Assembly: GCA_038087875.1 (NCBI GenBank)
Contig: CM075991.1
Coordinates: 6,014,001-6,078,000 of the forward strand
Direction: 5' to 3'
DNA length: 64,000 bases
Origin: Malacoraja senta
Lineage: Eukaryota
Shown here piece after piece: positions 38,031-55,725 of the stretch. Position 1 is the stretch's first letter. Each line of letters opens with the position of its first letter. Both the position numbers and the translations under genes were made by a program. The notes below the pieces were generated by a model, which was not told the DNA's origin, did no database searches, and saw only the letters and a list, made by a program, of their open reading frames with translations.

Positions 38031-39058
38031 TAGCAATGTTACAAAATTTTGAGATTTTAAAAATAAAGTCTGCAATTTATCCCATCAGATAAAGCATAAA
38101 AAGAAGTTTAATTCACTTTCATATCTTCAGTATTAAAAAAGTTATGGCCATTTTCATACCCGGAAATTAGCATCTTGTTCCCTATTGCTTTTCCATTGAC
38201 TTGACACAAAAGCTGTGATCGAGGACAGTCAAAAGCCCATAACTTTCTTAAAAATTAAGAGAACTGAAAGAAATTTTCAGTTATTATAGATTGAAGCATT
38301 CTGAAACAAATATGAAACAATCTCACTTAGAAGACATGAAATTAAAGCATATAATTAGTTAGTTACCTAATTGTAGCTAATTACAAAATTCAATTACTAG
38401 ATCGAAACATCTATCAATTTCTTAAGAATAGATTAACATGTTTTTAAAGCCTAAGTGCCCAAATAACATTCACACAACAATTCACAATATAACATAATTT
38501 TTAAATCTCATTGTCATGGATTTACAGGCCAAATGGAAGGAATTGAATGCTTAATACCTGTAAATTAATGGGCATTTAAATCTTTTTGCGAGTGAGGACG
38601 CGATCATTTGGAACGTTGATTTGCGGTGAATTTAACACCGTATCGGCATGAAAAATTCTGCCGTTAGTTCGGGGAATAAAATCACCGTTTCGCATGAAAA
38701 AATATTAATTAAAGGCTTCTTAAGAAGCACTTTTATACATTAAAATAAACTACTCTCGTTTACCTGTCCCGTGTGTGAAATCCGTCCCCGTTGTCGGCGT
38801 TGACGGCTTCAGAAGCTGATTTTAAAATGACTCCAGCGCTGACATTGTCGATTTAATAAAAGTAAAAAATACACAAAACGCCCCTAGGAACGATTTTTCA
38901 GCAAACGCTTGTACTCCAACGAAATATAATACAGGACAAGGTGGGAGAAACCGGCGTTTTAACCCCGCCCCCCCCCCCCCTCTTAAAGGCGCCAAAATCG
39001 CGCACACGGCAGTGGCAGAATTACAGCGCCGCTGAGGGTAAGTATTGTAACATACCTA
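38031..39058. mobile_element. Non-autonomous TIR DNA transposon (1028 bp) with a 7-bp TSD
   Basis: Ends TAGCAATGTTACAA / TTGTAACATACCTA. ATACAAT at 38024-38030 and 39059-39065. Splits a Penelope-type repeat. Confidence 0.8.
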
Positions 39059-39740
39059 ATACAATGCTAGAGTAACTGCAGCAGATACGAAAACAGGTAC
39101 TACAACGATATTTAAAATACACTTGGACAAGTACAAGGATAGGAGAGGTTTGGAGGGATATGGGCCAATCTCGCCTCTGTGTCAAGTGCCTAAAGACGTA
39201 GGTTCAAGTAAAGAGGCAAGGTTTAATAAGAACCGAAGGGACAGCGTGTTCACTTGGACGGTGGTAAACATTTGGAACGAGCTACCAGAGGAGATATCTA
39301 AAACAGATACTACAACAATTAAAATACACGTGGACAAGTGCAAGGATAGGAACGCTTTAGAGGGATACGGGCCAAACGCGGGCAAATTGGCCGAGATAAG
39401 AAGGGACAGAGACACAAAACGCTGCCGGTACTCCAGTATTTCGGTGTGACCAGCATCTGCAGTTCCCTCCTACACGTTAGATAGTATATCTTGGACGCCA
39501 TGGGCGAGTTGGGGCGAGGGGCCTATTGTGTATTGTGTGACTCTATGACACATGGTGCACCAGCACTTCATTTTATCTTTGTTATTTAATTTGTCCACCA
39601 GGGTGCAGGGATAAAAATCCTTGGGAACATTCCACAGATTACCAGATCGTTACTCAAAGTCTTTCATTCTGACGAACCGTTTCGTAAGGACGCAGGCAGC
39701 CAAAGAGATTCGAACGACCGGTGGGGCAGTGGAACTGCAG

Positions 39741-39748
39741 AATAAAAG
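39741..39748 (+). promoter_or_regulatory. Candidate TATA-like element (AATAAAAG) of copy F
   Basis: 80 nt upstream of the ATG; conserved with copy E; function is inferred. Confidence 0.35.
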
Positions 39749-39820
39749 TCTACAGCCGTTGTCACCGGGACAGAGGTTGTCCGCTCAGACTTCGGGGAGA
39801 ACCGGCCTGTTTGCGAGATC

Positions 39821-43591
<3,771 letters not shown>

Positions 43592-44082
43592 GGCGACGGC
43601 TGGAAATAAGGTGGAATACACATGCATCTCCCTTCTAATGTGGAGACATGCATCAATGGGATACGGGCGTCTTGACTATTGCATGTAACACCTGTATCAC
43701 AATAAACATATTCTACAGTTGTTGCATTGTCCATCGCTTCAATTTGAAATAGGCACGAAGAAGGAGGCTGAAAATCAGTGCGGTGGATATTATGAGATGA
43801 GGGTGTGAGGAAATATAGATTAGGGTTTGTGCAAGTACAGAATGTGGTCCACGGCAAAGGTGTGTGTGTGTGTTGTGGTGTATTTGTGTATATGTGAGTG
43901 TTAAGTTGTTTATGAGTTATTGTGTGTGTTGTGTGCATGTGTGTGTGTTCTGGTGTGTGTATGTGTGTTATGGTGTGTTCACGTGTATGTATGTATTATG
44001 GTGTGTGTATGTCTGTGCTTTCGTTATGGTGTCTGTTTTGTGTGTATGTTTGTGTGTGTGTGAGAGGGAGAGAGAGAGAGAG

Positions 44083-44127
<45 letters not shown>

Positions 44128-45129
44128 GAGAGAGAGAGCTAGAGAGATAACGTGTCTCCGAATAGATGAATATGCAAAGCACGCCATGGAAGTGAGCGTT
44201 TCAGACATCTAAATCTTAGCACATAGAAAGTTGACAGGAAGGGCAGAAGCTGGAATCTTGGGAAACTTTTCTAAGTTAGCAAAGGATATTAGTAAATTGA
44301 TGCAGTAAAGGATGAAATAATTTGAAAAGAAACCTTTGAGAAAGGCAAACAATCAGGTCTTCTGTAGTTTGGAATTAATTGATTGAAATATATGGAAAGG
44401 AAATAGCCTTTGGCCCACTGAGTCCACGCCAACCATCGAGCACGCTAGTTCTATGTTATCCCACTTTCTGATCCATGCTGTATACATTATGGGCAATTTA
44501 CAGAGGCCAATTAACCTACAAACCTACACGTCTTTGGGATGTGGGAGAAACCAAAGCATCCAGAGGAAACCTATGTGGTCAAAGAGAGAACGTAAATTCC
44601 ATAAAAGCAGCACCCGAGGTCAGGATTGAGTCAAGGTTTCTGGTGCAGTGAGACAGCAGCGCCACTGTGCCACCCTTGTTTGATGATCATTTCAAGGAAT
44701 GGACAGGGAATAGTAGCATTATACTGGCAAGAAAGTGTAAGGACAGGATCTCTCTCAGGGCAAAATATGATTTTCATCTGCCCAAATGCAATCCACCCAT
44801 TGGTTCTTGCAGACTGGATGGTAACACATGTGAGCTCATGACTTGAGTAAGAATGGAGAACTAACTAACACCAGCATTTGGGAAAGTGTTGGGTTGCAGC
44901 ATAAAGAATGTTCATATCAAGGAAATTAGCAAATAATGTAATCAGGCAGAACCAATGCAAATTTATAAAAGTCAAATCCTGTGTGACATATCTATTGGAA
45001 TTCTGTAAAGTTCTACATCATGTATTTGTGTATGTGTGCGTGTTACGTTGAGGGGAGAACCACTCCATGTGGCAGATTTAGATTTTTGGATAAATAAATT
45101 CTCATGAAGTTTGTTTAGGTTAGTCTAGT

Positions 45130-45430
45130 TTAGTTTAGTTGAATTTAGTTTCAAGATATAGCATGGAAACAGGCCCTTCAGGTCATTGAGTCCACGCCAA
45201 CCATCGATTACCAATACACTATGTCCGACACAGGAGGGGTAATTTACAGAAACTGATTAACCAACAAAATTGCACGTCTTCAGAATGTGGGATAAAACCG
45301 GAGCACCCGGAGAAACCCACGCGGTCACAGGGAGAACGTGCAAATTGTGCACAGACATCATCCCTGGTCAGGATCGATCCTGTGTCTGTGGCGCTGTGAG
45401 GCAGCAGCTTTACAGCTGCACCAATGTGTT
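45130..45430 (-). mobile_element. HE1/V-SINE-like SINE (representative); other copies near 19048, 31080, 40700, 44400, 54060, 54920, 59880, 60975, 63040
   Basis: tRNA-like head with GGTTCGATCC B-box in the better copies, central gtgtggagtttgcacgttctccc motif, (ACTAA)n-type tail. Confidence 0.7.
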
Positions 45431-46744
45431 GCTCAATTGTGAATAAGGTTAGAGCGCATGAAACTGGGGGTAGTACACCAGTGCTTAGAGGGATCGTTAT
45501 CAGATAGAAAACAAAGAGTAGGAATTAATGTGCCTTTGTCCAGTTGTCAGGCTGCGTCTCCTGGAATCCGATGCAGACCAGTGCTCGAGCCCAAACCCTC
45601 ACAACTCATGTCAGTGACTTGACTTACAGGATCAGACTAACATTTCCAAACTTCCTGATCACACAAAACACAGCGGGGAGCAATCAGGATGCAAAATTTA
45701 GTGTGTAAAATTATGAGAGGCATGGATAGAATAGACGGCCAGAACCTGCTTGTTTTTGGCTCATATCCAGCTAACAACCTTTTAGATCCATGTACCTGTC
45801 CAAATGACTTTTAACTCCTTACCTAAAAGAAGGAGCCAATAATCAAATACGTCTTATCGTGACATGACCTCCCACCTATTTTCAGCAAAGTTCGATATCT
45901 TACACCCTGAGCCTTCCTAATGTCACTAATGTAAATTGTAAATAATTGAGGGCCAGAAACGAATCCCAGGACACTCCATCAGTTCCCCCCACTTAAATGA
46001 TTCACCTTTTCTGACTCTGGGTCCTCAATGTGATAAACAATCCTTAATCCATGCCAATGCACTTCTCTTAATATGTTATGCACCATCCAACTTGTGGCTC
46101 AGACTTATACGCGGAACCTAGTCAAATGCCTTCTGAAAATCCAAATATACGACATCTACTGGTTGTCCATTATGAGCATTCCTTGAGACATCCTCAAAGA
46201 ATTCCAGCAAATTTGTCATATGGGATCTACCTTTCCTGAAAACGGATGGGTGGGGTTTGATTACATAAAACCTCTCTAATTGACAAGCTATTTCTTCCTT
46301 CCTTGCCAAGTACAAAGAGGGTTGGATGGAGGGTGGGGATGCCAAGATGGAAGAGGAACCATTGGAACCACATTCACTTCATAACTTTTTTGGCACCCAT
46401 AACGAGACGACTGTTTGCATACTTACGTAAAGTATTAAAAACAAAGAATTTCATTGTGACATGTCACATGTGATAATAAAGTATCATTCATTCATTATAT
46501 CCAACATCTTGACTACGGGAGATATTAAGCGCACAGGCTTACAATTGTCAAATTTTAGTCTTCCTCCCCCCTGAGCAACCATTTAGTTTTTCCAGTGCCA
46601 TGTTATTTTACTGGAACGTTACTGGAGAGAGTGTTGAATAACTTCAACCAGTGGGTCCAGTGTCTGAGCAGCCATTTCCTTTGAAACCCTATGGTATAGG
46701 CCATCAGGGTTTAATACAGCGTTTATTTCTAATATATTGTCCAT

Positions 46745-47065
46745 TGTTCTTGTCCGTGGATTGTCACCTTGTCGTGGTGGAGAAGCTTGTGTGGACCTGA
46801 GATCCTGAGAGTGATGCCGTCTGGAGCTATGCTCCTGGTAGGGCCACCCACGGGGGTAAGGTCGAGGGGGAGGTCTCTGACAACGAACAATCCAACCAAC
46901 ACCTCAACGGTGGAACAGGCGGAGGATGATGGCTGACCATAGTGGAGCGTCACAACGGCTGGGAAGGCGGATGAAGGCTGCAGCAGAAAAGGGTCTCTGG
47001 TTATCTTGGACTCCATGCCTGGATCCTGAGAATAGCACCCTGGAGACACCCATGGTCAGCCACGA
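46745..47065 (+). mobile_element. Probable RTE-clade (Expander/Rex3/BovB-like) 5' UTR fragment
   Basis: GTCACCTTGTCGTGGTGGAGAAGCTTG..CCTGGTAGGGCCACCCA resembles my recollection of RTE 5' ends; no ORF follows. Confidence 0.5.
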
Positions 47066-48026
47066 CTGAAAGGTGTCTAAGATTGTTCATTGCGATTATA
47101 ACTTTCACTAGTTCTTCAATAGTCTGGCTGTCCACCCTGTCTATGCCTTTCCTACCTGCACATCCTTTTATCAGGTCTCCCCTCAGTGTCTGACATTCCA
47201 AAGAAAACATTACAAGTTTGCCCAACCTCTCCTTATAGCTAATAACCTCTAATTGAGATCAATTCTCATTTTTCGATGATTCAATGATTCAATGATACTT
47301 CTCTTTAGAAGAATTTTCATTCTTCTGTATCCAACAGAGTGCAGGATAATTATTTTCTAATCGCTCCTCATCTGGCCTATATGCCATCCCAAGAATCTGT
47401 CTGGTGAACTTCTGGTGCTCTCTCCCTTTCACAAGAACTTAGTTCTTCGAGAAGGTAGAACAGATCTTTACACAATATTCCAGGTGGTGAGTCCCTAAAG
47501 CTCCATACAACTGAAACAAGGAATCCCTAATATTTTCCTCTTGCCTTTTCCATTTAGACCAATTGCTCCTTCAAAAACATTTTCCAAGCAATGACCTCTG
47601 CCGTCCGGAAAGGCAGAACTTGTAACTAGCAGCCAGGAATCCTCCCTCCCCCAGAGGTCACTCAACTTCCCGACATCAGAATGGATTGGCCTTCACTCGT
47701 CGCTGTGTCAGTATAATCAGGAGAGCTGACATAAATAACAATCTTCAATGCAGTGATATAAGCTCACCACTTCATCGAGTGAATAATAAATGCAGGGCTT
47801 TGTCGGAGGTGCCCATTTCCCGAGTGTGAATGAAAGCCCTGGAAAAAGACAGCTTATAATCAGGCTTTATCTACTGTGTTGCTGCCAGATTGCATTATTT
47901 ACGGTCATTGCACTGAGGTGGTCAAAGTTCCATCCGTGCACTAAACCGAATCAAGGGATATGGGGAAAAAGCAGGAACAGGGTATTGATTCTGGATATAC
48001 ACGAAAAGCTGGATTAACTCAGCGAG

Positions 48027-50170
48027 ACATAGATACATAGATACATAGAAAATAGGTGCAGGAGTAGGCCATTCGGCCGTTCGAGCCTGCACCGGCATTC
48101 AATATGATCATGGCTGATCATCCAACTCAGTATTCCGTACCTGCCTTCTCTCCATACCCCCTGATGCCTTTAGCCACAAGGGCCACATCTAACTCCCTCT
48201 TAAATATAGCCAATGAACTGGCCTCAACTACCCTCTGTGGCAGAGAGTTCCAAAGATTCACCACTCTCTGTGTGAAAAAGTTTTTCCTCATCTCGGTCTT
48301 AAAGGATTTCCCCCTTATCCTTAAGCTGTGACCCCTTGTCCTGGACTTCCCCAACATCGGGAACAATCTTCCTGCATCTAGCCTGTCCAACCCCATAAGA
48401 ATTTTGTACGTTTCTATAAGATCCCCTCTCAATCTCCTAAATTCTAGCGAGTATAAGCCAAGTCTATCCAGTCTTTCTTCATATGAAAGTCCTGACATCC
48501 CAGGAATCAGTCTGGTGAACCTTCTCTGCACTCCCTCTATGGCTATAATGTCCTTCCTCAGATTTGGAGACCAAAACTGTACGCAATACTCCAGGTGTGG
48601 CCTCACCAAGACCCTGTACAACTGCAGTAGAACCTCCCTGCTCCTATACTCAAATCCTCTTGCTATGAAGGCCAACATACCATTCGCTTTCTTCACTGCC
48701 TGCTGCACCTGCATGCCTACTTTCAATGACTGGTGTACCATGACACCCAGGTCTCGCTGCATCGCCCCATTTCCTAATCGGCCACCATCTAGATAATAGT
48801 CTGCCTTCCCGTTTTTGCCACCAAAGTGGATAACCTCACATTTATCCACATTATACTGCATCTGCCAAACATTTGCCCACTCACCCAGCCTATCCAAGTC
48901 ACCTTGCAGTCTCCTAGCATCCTCCTCACAGCTAACACTGCCTTCCAGCTTAGTGTCATCCGCAAACTTGGAGATGTTGCTTTCAATTCCCTCGTCCAGA
49001 TCATTAATATAAATTGTAAATAGCTGGGGTCCCAGCACTGAGCCTTGCGGTACCCCACTAGTCACTGCCTGCCATTGTGAAAAGGACCCGTTTACTCCTA
49101 CTCTTTGCTTCCTGTTTGCCAGCCAGTTCTCTATCCACATCAATACTGAACCCCCAATACCGTGTGATTTAAGTTTGTATCCTAATCTCTTATGTGGTAC
49201 CTTGTCGAAAGCCTTCTGAAAGTCCAGATACAACACATCCACTGGTTCTCCCCTATCCACTCTACTAGTTACATCCTCGAAAAATTCTATAAGATTCGTC
49301 ATACACGATTTACCTTTCGTAAATCCATGCTGACTTTGTCCAATGATTTCACCACTTTCCAAATGTGCTGCTATCCCATCTTTAATAACTGACTCTAGCA
49401 GTTTCCCCACTACCGATGTTAGACTAACTGGTCTGTAAATCCCCGTTTTCTCTCTCCCTCCCTTCTTAAAAAGTGGGGTTATGTTTGCTACCCTCCAATC
49501 CTCAGGAACTACTCCAGAATCTAAAGAGTTTTGAAAAATTATCACTAATGCATCCACTATTTCTGGAGCTACTTCCTTAAGTACTCTGGGATGCAGCCTA
49601 TCTGGCCCTGGTGATTTATCGGCCTTTAATCCATTCAATTTACCCAACACCACTTCCCGACTAACCTGGATTTCACTCAGTTCCTCCATATCCTTTGACC
49701 CGCGGCCCCCTGCTATTTCCGGCAGATTATTTATGTCTTCCTTAGTGAAGACGGAACCAAAGTAGTTATTCAATTGGTCTGCCATATCCTTGTTCCCCAT
49801 GATCAATTCACCTGTTTCTCACTGCAAGGGACCTACATTTGTTTTAACTAATCTCTTTCTCTTCACATATATATAAAAACTTTTGCAGTCAGTTTTTATG
49901 TTCCCTGCCAGTTTCCGTTCATAATCTATTTTCCCTTTCCTAATTAAGCCCTTTGTCCTCCTCTGCAGGCCTCTGAATTTCTCCCAGTCCTCTGGTATGC
50001 TGCTTTTTCTGGCTAATTTGTACACATCATCTTTTGCTTTGATACTATCCCTGATTTCCCTTGTTATCCACGGATGCACTACCTTCCCTGATTTATTCTT
50101 TTGCCAAACTGGGATGAACAATTTTTGTAGTTCATCCATGCAGTCTTTAAATGCCTTCCATTGCATATCC
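48027..50170 (-). mobile_element. Young 5'-truncated CR1 LINE (2.1 kb)
   Basis: 559-aa RT ORF plus a frameshifted upstream piece (49819-50166), 3' UTR and (CTATGTAT)n tail. Confidence 0.95.
48127..49806 (-). CDS. CR1 ORF2 reverse transcriptase domain (partial)
   Basis: KSPGPD, YRPVSLTS, LDFQKAFDKVPH, GVPQGSVLGP and FADDTK motifs. Confidence 0.92.
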   Translation of the reverse strand: MIMGNKDMADQLNNYFGSVFTKEDINNLPEIAGGRGSKDMEELSEIQVSREVVLGKLNGLKADKSPGPDRLHPRVLKEVAPEIVDALVIIFQNSLDSGVVPEDWRVANITPLFKKGGREKTGIYRPVSLTSVVGKLLESVIKDGIAAHLESGEIIGQSQHGFTKGKSCMTNLIEFFEDVTSRVDRGEPVDVLYLDFQKAFDKVPHKRLGYKLKSHGIGGSVLMWIENWLANRKQRVGVNGSFSQWQAVTSGVPQGSVLGPQLFTIYINDLDEGIESNISKFADDTKLEGSVSCEEDARRLQGDLDRLGEWANVWQMQYNVDKCEVIHFGGKNGKADYYLDGGRLGNGAMQRDLGVMVHQSLKVGMQVQQAVKKANGMLAFIARGFEYRSREVLLQLYRVLVRPHLEYCVQFWSPNLRKDIIAIEGVQRRFTRLIPGMSGLSYEERLDRLGLYSLEFRRLRGDLIETYKILMGLDRLDAGRLFPMLGKSRTRGHSLRIRGKSFKTEMRKNFFTQRVVNLWNSLPQRVVEASSLAIFKRELDVALVAKGIRGYGEKAGTEY

Positions 50171-53100
50171 AGGCAGGCAGCATCTCTGGAGAGAAGGAAT
50201 GGGTGACATTTCGGGTCGAGACCCTTCTTCAGAAAATAATTTCTCCAGAGATGCTGCCTGACCCGCTGAGTTACTCCAGCTTTTTGTGTCTATCTTCAGT
50301 TTAAACCAGCATCTGCAGTTCTTTCTTACTGATTCTGGATGATCAGCCATGATCATATTGAATGGCGGTGCTGGCTCGAAGGACGAAATGGCCTACTCCT
50401 GCACCTATTTTCTATGTGTCTATATTTCTATGTCACCAGTCAAAGTAGCAGCAGATAAACTGGTCAAATCATGTAGGAAGTGCAGATGCTAGTTTATACT
50501 GAAAATAGACACAAAGTGCTGGAGTAACTCAGCGGGTCAGGCAGCATCTCTGGAGAAAAAGAATAGGTAATGTTTTGGGTTGGAACCCTTCTTCAGACTG
50601 AAAGTACAGGCGATGGGGTGTGAGGGGGGGGGGAGATGGGGAATCAATTGGAGGTGAGAAAAGGCCAGAATAAATCAGGGCCACCAACAAATGTCCTCAG
50701 GAAGGGTGGAGGCCATTCCGGCCCATTCTTCTTCTTCTTATCGAGTCCACACACAAGATTAGAAGTTGTTCAGCCAGAGCTGAACACACTTTTTGGCATC
50801 TGCATACAATGGTGACTGGCCCATCGTTGGCGCGGGAAGGTGTGATAACAAGAATGAAACAAGGTTGTGAGCAGTAGAACTGGTTGGACGACTCATGGTA
50901 AAAACATGATGTGAGACTTCTCCCCGGCTACACGCATCATTTACCTGAGTGGCCAATATGAGGATGCATTTTGCCCAGGAACCCTGGGAGCGCCAGGGCT
51001 AGGGTCAAAGATCCTAGGGTGCAAAGGCAAGCAAATTACCCAGTAAATACGAGACACAACAAACTGCAAATGCTGGTTTACAAAAAAGACACAAACTGTA
51101 TATAAAGTTACGAGCAGCATAGATAGGGTAGGCAGTCAGAACCTTTTTCCACGGTGGAAATGTCCAACTCTAGATTGCATAGCTATAAGGTGAGAGGACC
51201 AAAGTTTAATGAAGATGTGTGGGACTATTTTTTTTACAGAGATTTATGGAGACTTGTCAGGGTTGGTGTTGGAGGCAGATACGATAGTGGTATTTAAGAG
51301 GCTTTTCGATAGGCACATGGAAGTGCAGGTAATAGAGGGATATGGATCATGTACTGGCAGATGAGATCAGTTTAACTAGGCATCATGTTCAACATAAACT
51401 TTGTGGGCCAAAGGGCCCATTCCTGAGCTGTTCTATCTTCTAAGTATCATGGAGTCATAGTATCATACAGCACAGAAACAGGCCCTCTGTCCTAACCTAC
51501 CCATGCCAACCAAGGTACTGCTTCTACACTAATCCCACTTGTCTGTGTTTGCCCCATATCCCTCTAAATCTTTTCAATTCATGTACCTGGCCAAATATCT
51601 TTTGCCACCCTCTCCCGATATGTTCTCCATGATGCTGCCTGGCCCATTAGGTTACATCGGCACTCAGTAAATAACATTCAGCAGTAAGTCTTGTTGTGCT
51701 TCTTGTGGGTGTGAGGGCAGATCACCCCCCTTCCATTATGACTTCCTGAGGGAAAACTTTTCCCTGAACGAGGGACACAATTTTGTAGAGTGCAACACTG
51801 TAAATATGTGCAAACGTCTATCAGTTCAGCAAGGACAGATTATATACTTGGAGATAAGGCATATTCTGCAACATGAATGAGGCGGCAAAGTTCAGCCTGA
51901 CGTACTCTCTCATGAATTCATGAGTCATTTGTATCAAAATCCATGTCCTGTTATTTCTATGGAGTCATTTTAGCTGATCAGCCCAACAATTAATTGAGTT
52001 ATAATGCATAGAAATAGACCCCTAGTCCGATAATCACTCATCCGACACTCATCTCATTTTATTCTCCGCACATTCCCATTTACTCCACACAGATTCTACC
52101 ACTCAACACCTACCAGGGGTAAATTACATTGACCAATTAATCTAACATCCTGCATATGATTGGGATGTGGGATGAAACCAGAGCATTTGGGGGAAATTTT
52201 CTCCTCTTATCGGACAGTCTTTTGTCTCATAAATTCATAAATTAGAAGTTCACATTCATAAGTAATAGGAGTAGAATTAAGCCATTTGGCCCATCAGGTC
52301 TACTCTGCCATTCAATTATTTTCACCCCTCCTTTTCACGTCCAGGCTTTGTCACTTATTTCACCCATCTGCCATTCATACCCCCTCTCTACCTGTATCCA
52401 CCTAACACTTGCCAGGCTTTGCCCATCTCTACCTCTCTTTACCAGCTTTCATCCTCCCCTCCCCTCCCCACTGTGATCAGTCTGAAGAAGTCCCGACCCG
52501 AAACGTCACCTATCCATTCCCTCCTCTGATACTGCCTGATCTGCTGAGTCCCTCCAGCACTTTGTGTTTTGCTCGCCATTTACTTGGGATGCCCACCTTG
52601 AAACCCAAACGGTCTTACTTGGCATCCTGTCCACCAGCCTAAACATTTACTCCCTCCACCATCAATGCAAAGTGAATGCGTTGTATACCATCTACAAAAT
52701 GCATGGCCCTTATTTGATTAGGCCGCTCACACACCCCTCAGACCCATGACCACTGCAACCAAGAAGGACAAGAGAAACAGGCTTGTTAGAACATCTAGCA
52801 CGTTTCCCTGAATTGTAGACTATCCTGACTTAGAAATATATTGGAGTTCCTTCACTGTCACTGGGTCTAAATCTTGAAACTCCCAACCCAATGGTAGTGT
52901 AGGAATACCTTCAATGGAAGGATTGCAGAAATCCAGGAAGGTAATAGGTCAGTCTGCATCTTTGGAGAACATGGATATATGATATTTTGGGTCAGGAACC
53001 TTCTTCAGATCCAAGACGGGGATTGGTTAGTTCTCCGGTCGAGGAAGAAACGGGGGGCTTTGAGACCCTCCTGGTGGAGGATGGAGGTAGAGTGACTGGA

Positions 53101-55692
53101 ATGATAGCAGTCATATTCAAACACGACCATTTTCAAGTACCCTTAATCATCGAGGATGCAACGTGCTGGAGCAACTCAGCAGGTCAGGGAGAATCTCTGG
53201 AGAACATGAGCAGGTGATGTTTTGACCTGAAATGTCACCTATCCATGTTCTCCAGAGATGTTGCCTGACCGCTGAGTTACTCCAGTACTTTGTGTCCTTT
53301 TGTGTATTAACCAGCATCTGCAGTTGTTTGTTTCTCCTTCATCTGGGATGTCCTGGATTGGAAATGTCCATCCTCTTCATCAGCAGGTCGACATCTTGCA
53401 AATGCCTCCTTAGAAGATCCTCACCAGGTGGACATCAACGGTGAAAATGCTCAGGCTCACCTTACCAAGGGCAGTTTGGAGAAGGGAAAAAAATGTCAGC
53501 TATGTTAGGGCCGCATACACTCTAAGCATGAATTTTAAGAAGGCTGCAATGTTACTGGAGCTGCTTGGAGAGGGGACAATGGGTGGTGTTATGTGAGCAG
53601 GAGAAAGGATTTCATGGAGGGACTTCAGAGAGACCATGCTCAGATGAAGTTCTATTTGGCCGAATAACCAGAACCTGGTACAGAGACAGTGCAAGGGTGA
53701 AAGGATGGTGAGGGACAATATGATGATCATCCGGTCTCCCAGAGCTCCAGGAACTCTGTGTACAGCACAAAAGTGAAACTGCAAGGACGTCCCAGTTCCA
53801 GCAAATAATTATTGTCATTATACGGAGGACACATTTGTAACATACGGTCTTATAGATAGCATTATAAAGTTACAAAATATCTCCTGACCGGAGCTCTGAG
53901 AAGCTCTATAGCTGGTCTAAAATAGTCAAGAGTCAAAAGTCAAGAGAGTTTTATTGTCATGTGTCCCAGATAGGACAATGCAATTATTATAGATAGGACA
54001 ATGAAATAAAATATAAAGATCATTTCCATCCGCCAGCTTTCCTGCTTAGAGAAACTGCATCGATACAGGCCCTTCAGTCCACTGAATACACACCAACCAT
54101 CGATTACCCATTCACACTAGTTCTATGTTACCCCACATTCTTATCCACTCTGCACACTAGGATAAATATACTGAGGCCAATTAACCTACAAACCCGCATG
54201 TCTTTGGAACGTGGGAGGAAACCGGAGCATGCAGAGGAAAACCCACGCAGTCACAGGGAGAGCGTGCAAACCCCATGCAGACAGCACCTGAGGTCAGAAT
54301 CGAACCCGGGTCTCCAGCAGCAGTTCGACCAGCTGCACCTCAGTTCCCAACTCCCCAACAGATGACACCACATCTAGAGGATAGCACAGGACTTTACCTG
54401 TTTATTTAAGGAGGAATTTTCTTGCACTAGAGGCAGTTCCAAGAAGGTTCACTAAGGTTCTTTCCTCGGTCATCAAGGTTGTTTTATAGGGAAAGATTGA
54501 GCTAGTTTGTCCGGTACTTATTGGAGTTTAGAGGAGAGGCGATCTCATTGAAGCTTGTAAAATTCTGAAGAGACTTTTTCAGGATAGGAGCCAAGAAAGC
54601 TTTTTTTTCTGAGAGTTTGCCCAATTTAGACAGAGGTGAGGAAGAATTTCTTCTTCCAGATCTTTGCAAATCTTTACTACGCTAGAGAGTCACGGCTGCC
54701 ATCATAAAATATATGAAATGATGAGACAGATTTTTGGTGATAAGTGTTGTGGTAAATGTTAGGAACATGGTGCTGAAGCCAAGATCAAGTCATTGAATGG
54801 TAGAACAGGTTCCAGGTTGATACAGTATTAACCTGTTCCTTGTGTTCTTCTGTGAGCCGTGAACATATTCAATAACCGTACCCTTCAGCACAAACTAATT
54901 TTCCCATACTTTATTTTTTAGTTTAGTTTGGAGGTACAGCTCAGAAACAGGCTCTTCTGCCCACCAAGTTCACACCGACCAGCGATCCCCTCACACCAAC
55001 ACTATCATACACACACTAGGGACAATTTACATTTATACCAAGCCAATTAACCTACAAACCTGTACACCTTTGGAGTGTGGGAGGAAGCCGAAGATCTCGG
55101 AGAAAACCCTCGCGGGTCATGGGGAGAACGTACAAAGTCCATACAGACAAGCACCTGTAGTCAGGAACGAACTCGGGTCACTGGCGCTGTAAAGCAGTAG
55201 CTCTACTGCTACGCCACTGTGCCGCCCGAGAGACTAGTCGAGGCTTTCCATGAAAGTAAGCATCTATAGGGGTTGGTATTGGTTCATTACTCTTATCCTA
55301 TAGAGTCATACAGCACGGCAACAGGCCCTTTGATCCAACTCATCCATGCTGTCCCATTTGACAGCATCTGGCCCATATCCCTCAAAAAATATGTCTGAAG
55401 AAGGGTCTCGACCTGAAGCGTCACCTATTCCTTTTCTCCAAAGATGCTGCCTGACCCGCCGAGTTACTCCAGCATTTTCTGTCTATCTTTCCTCAAAACA
55501 TTCCTGTCCAAATGTTCTTAACTGTTGTTAAATGTATTTTAAATATTGTCATGTTTATCAAAATGCAGTGAAAAACTGTATTTGGTGTTATCCACACATG
55601 CGGATGCGGTTTCATCCCTGTGATTAATTTTAATATATTAATGTTTAAAATCCATGCATTGAAGGAAGAATATTTAACAGCCCATCTGTGGT

Positions 55693-55725
55693 CCCTAACC
55701 CCAACCCTAACCCTAACCCTAACCG
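55693..55725. repeat. Short interstitial (CCCTAA)n tract
   Basis: About five units, one imperfect. Confidence 0.8.
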
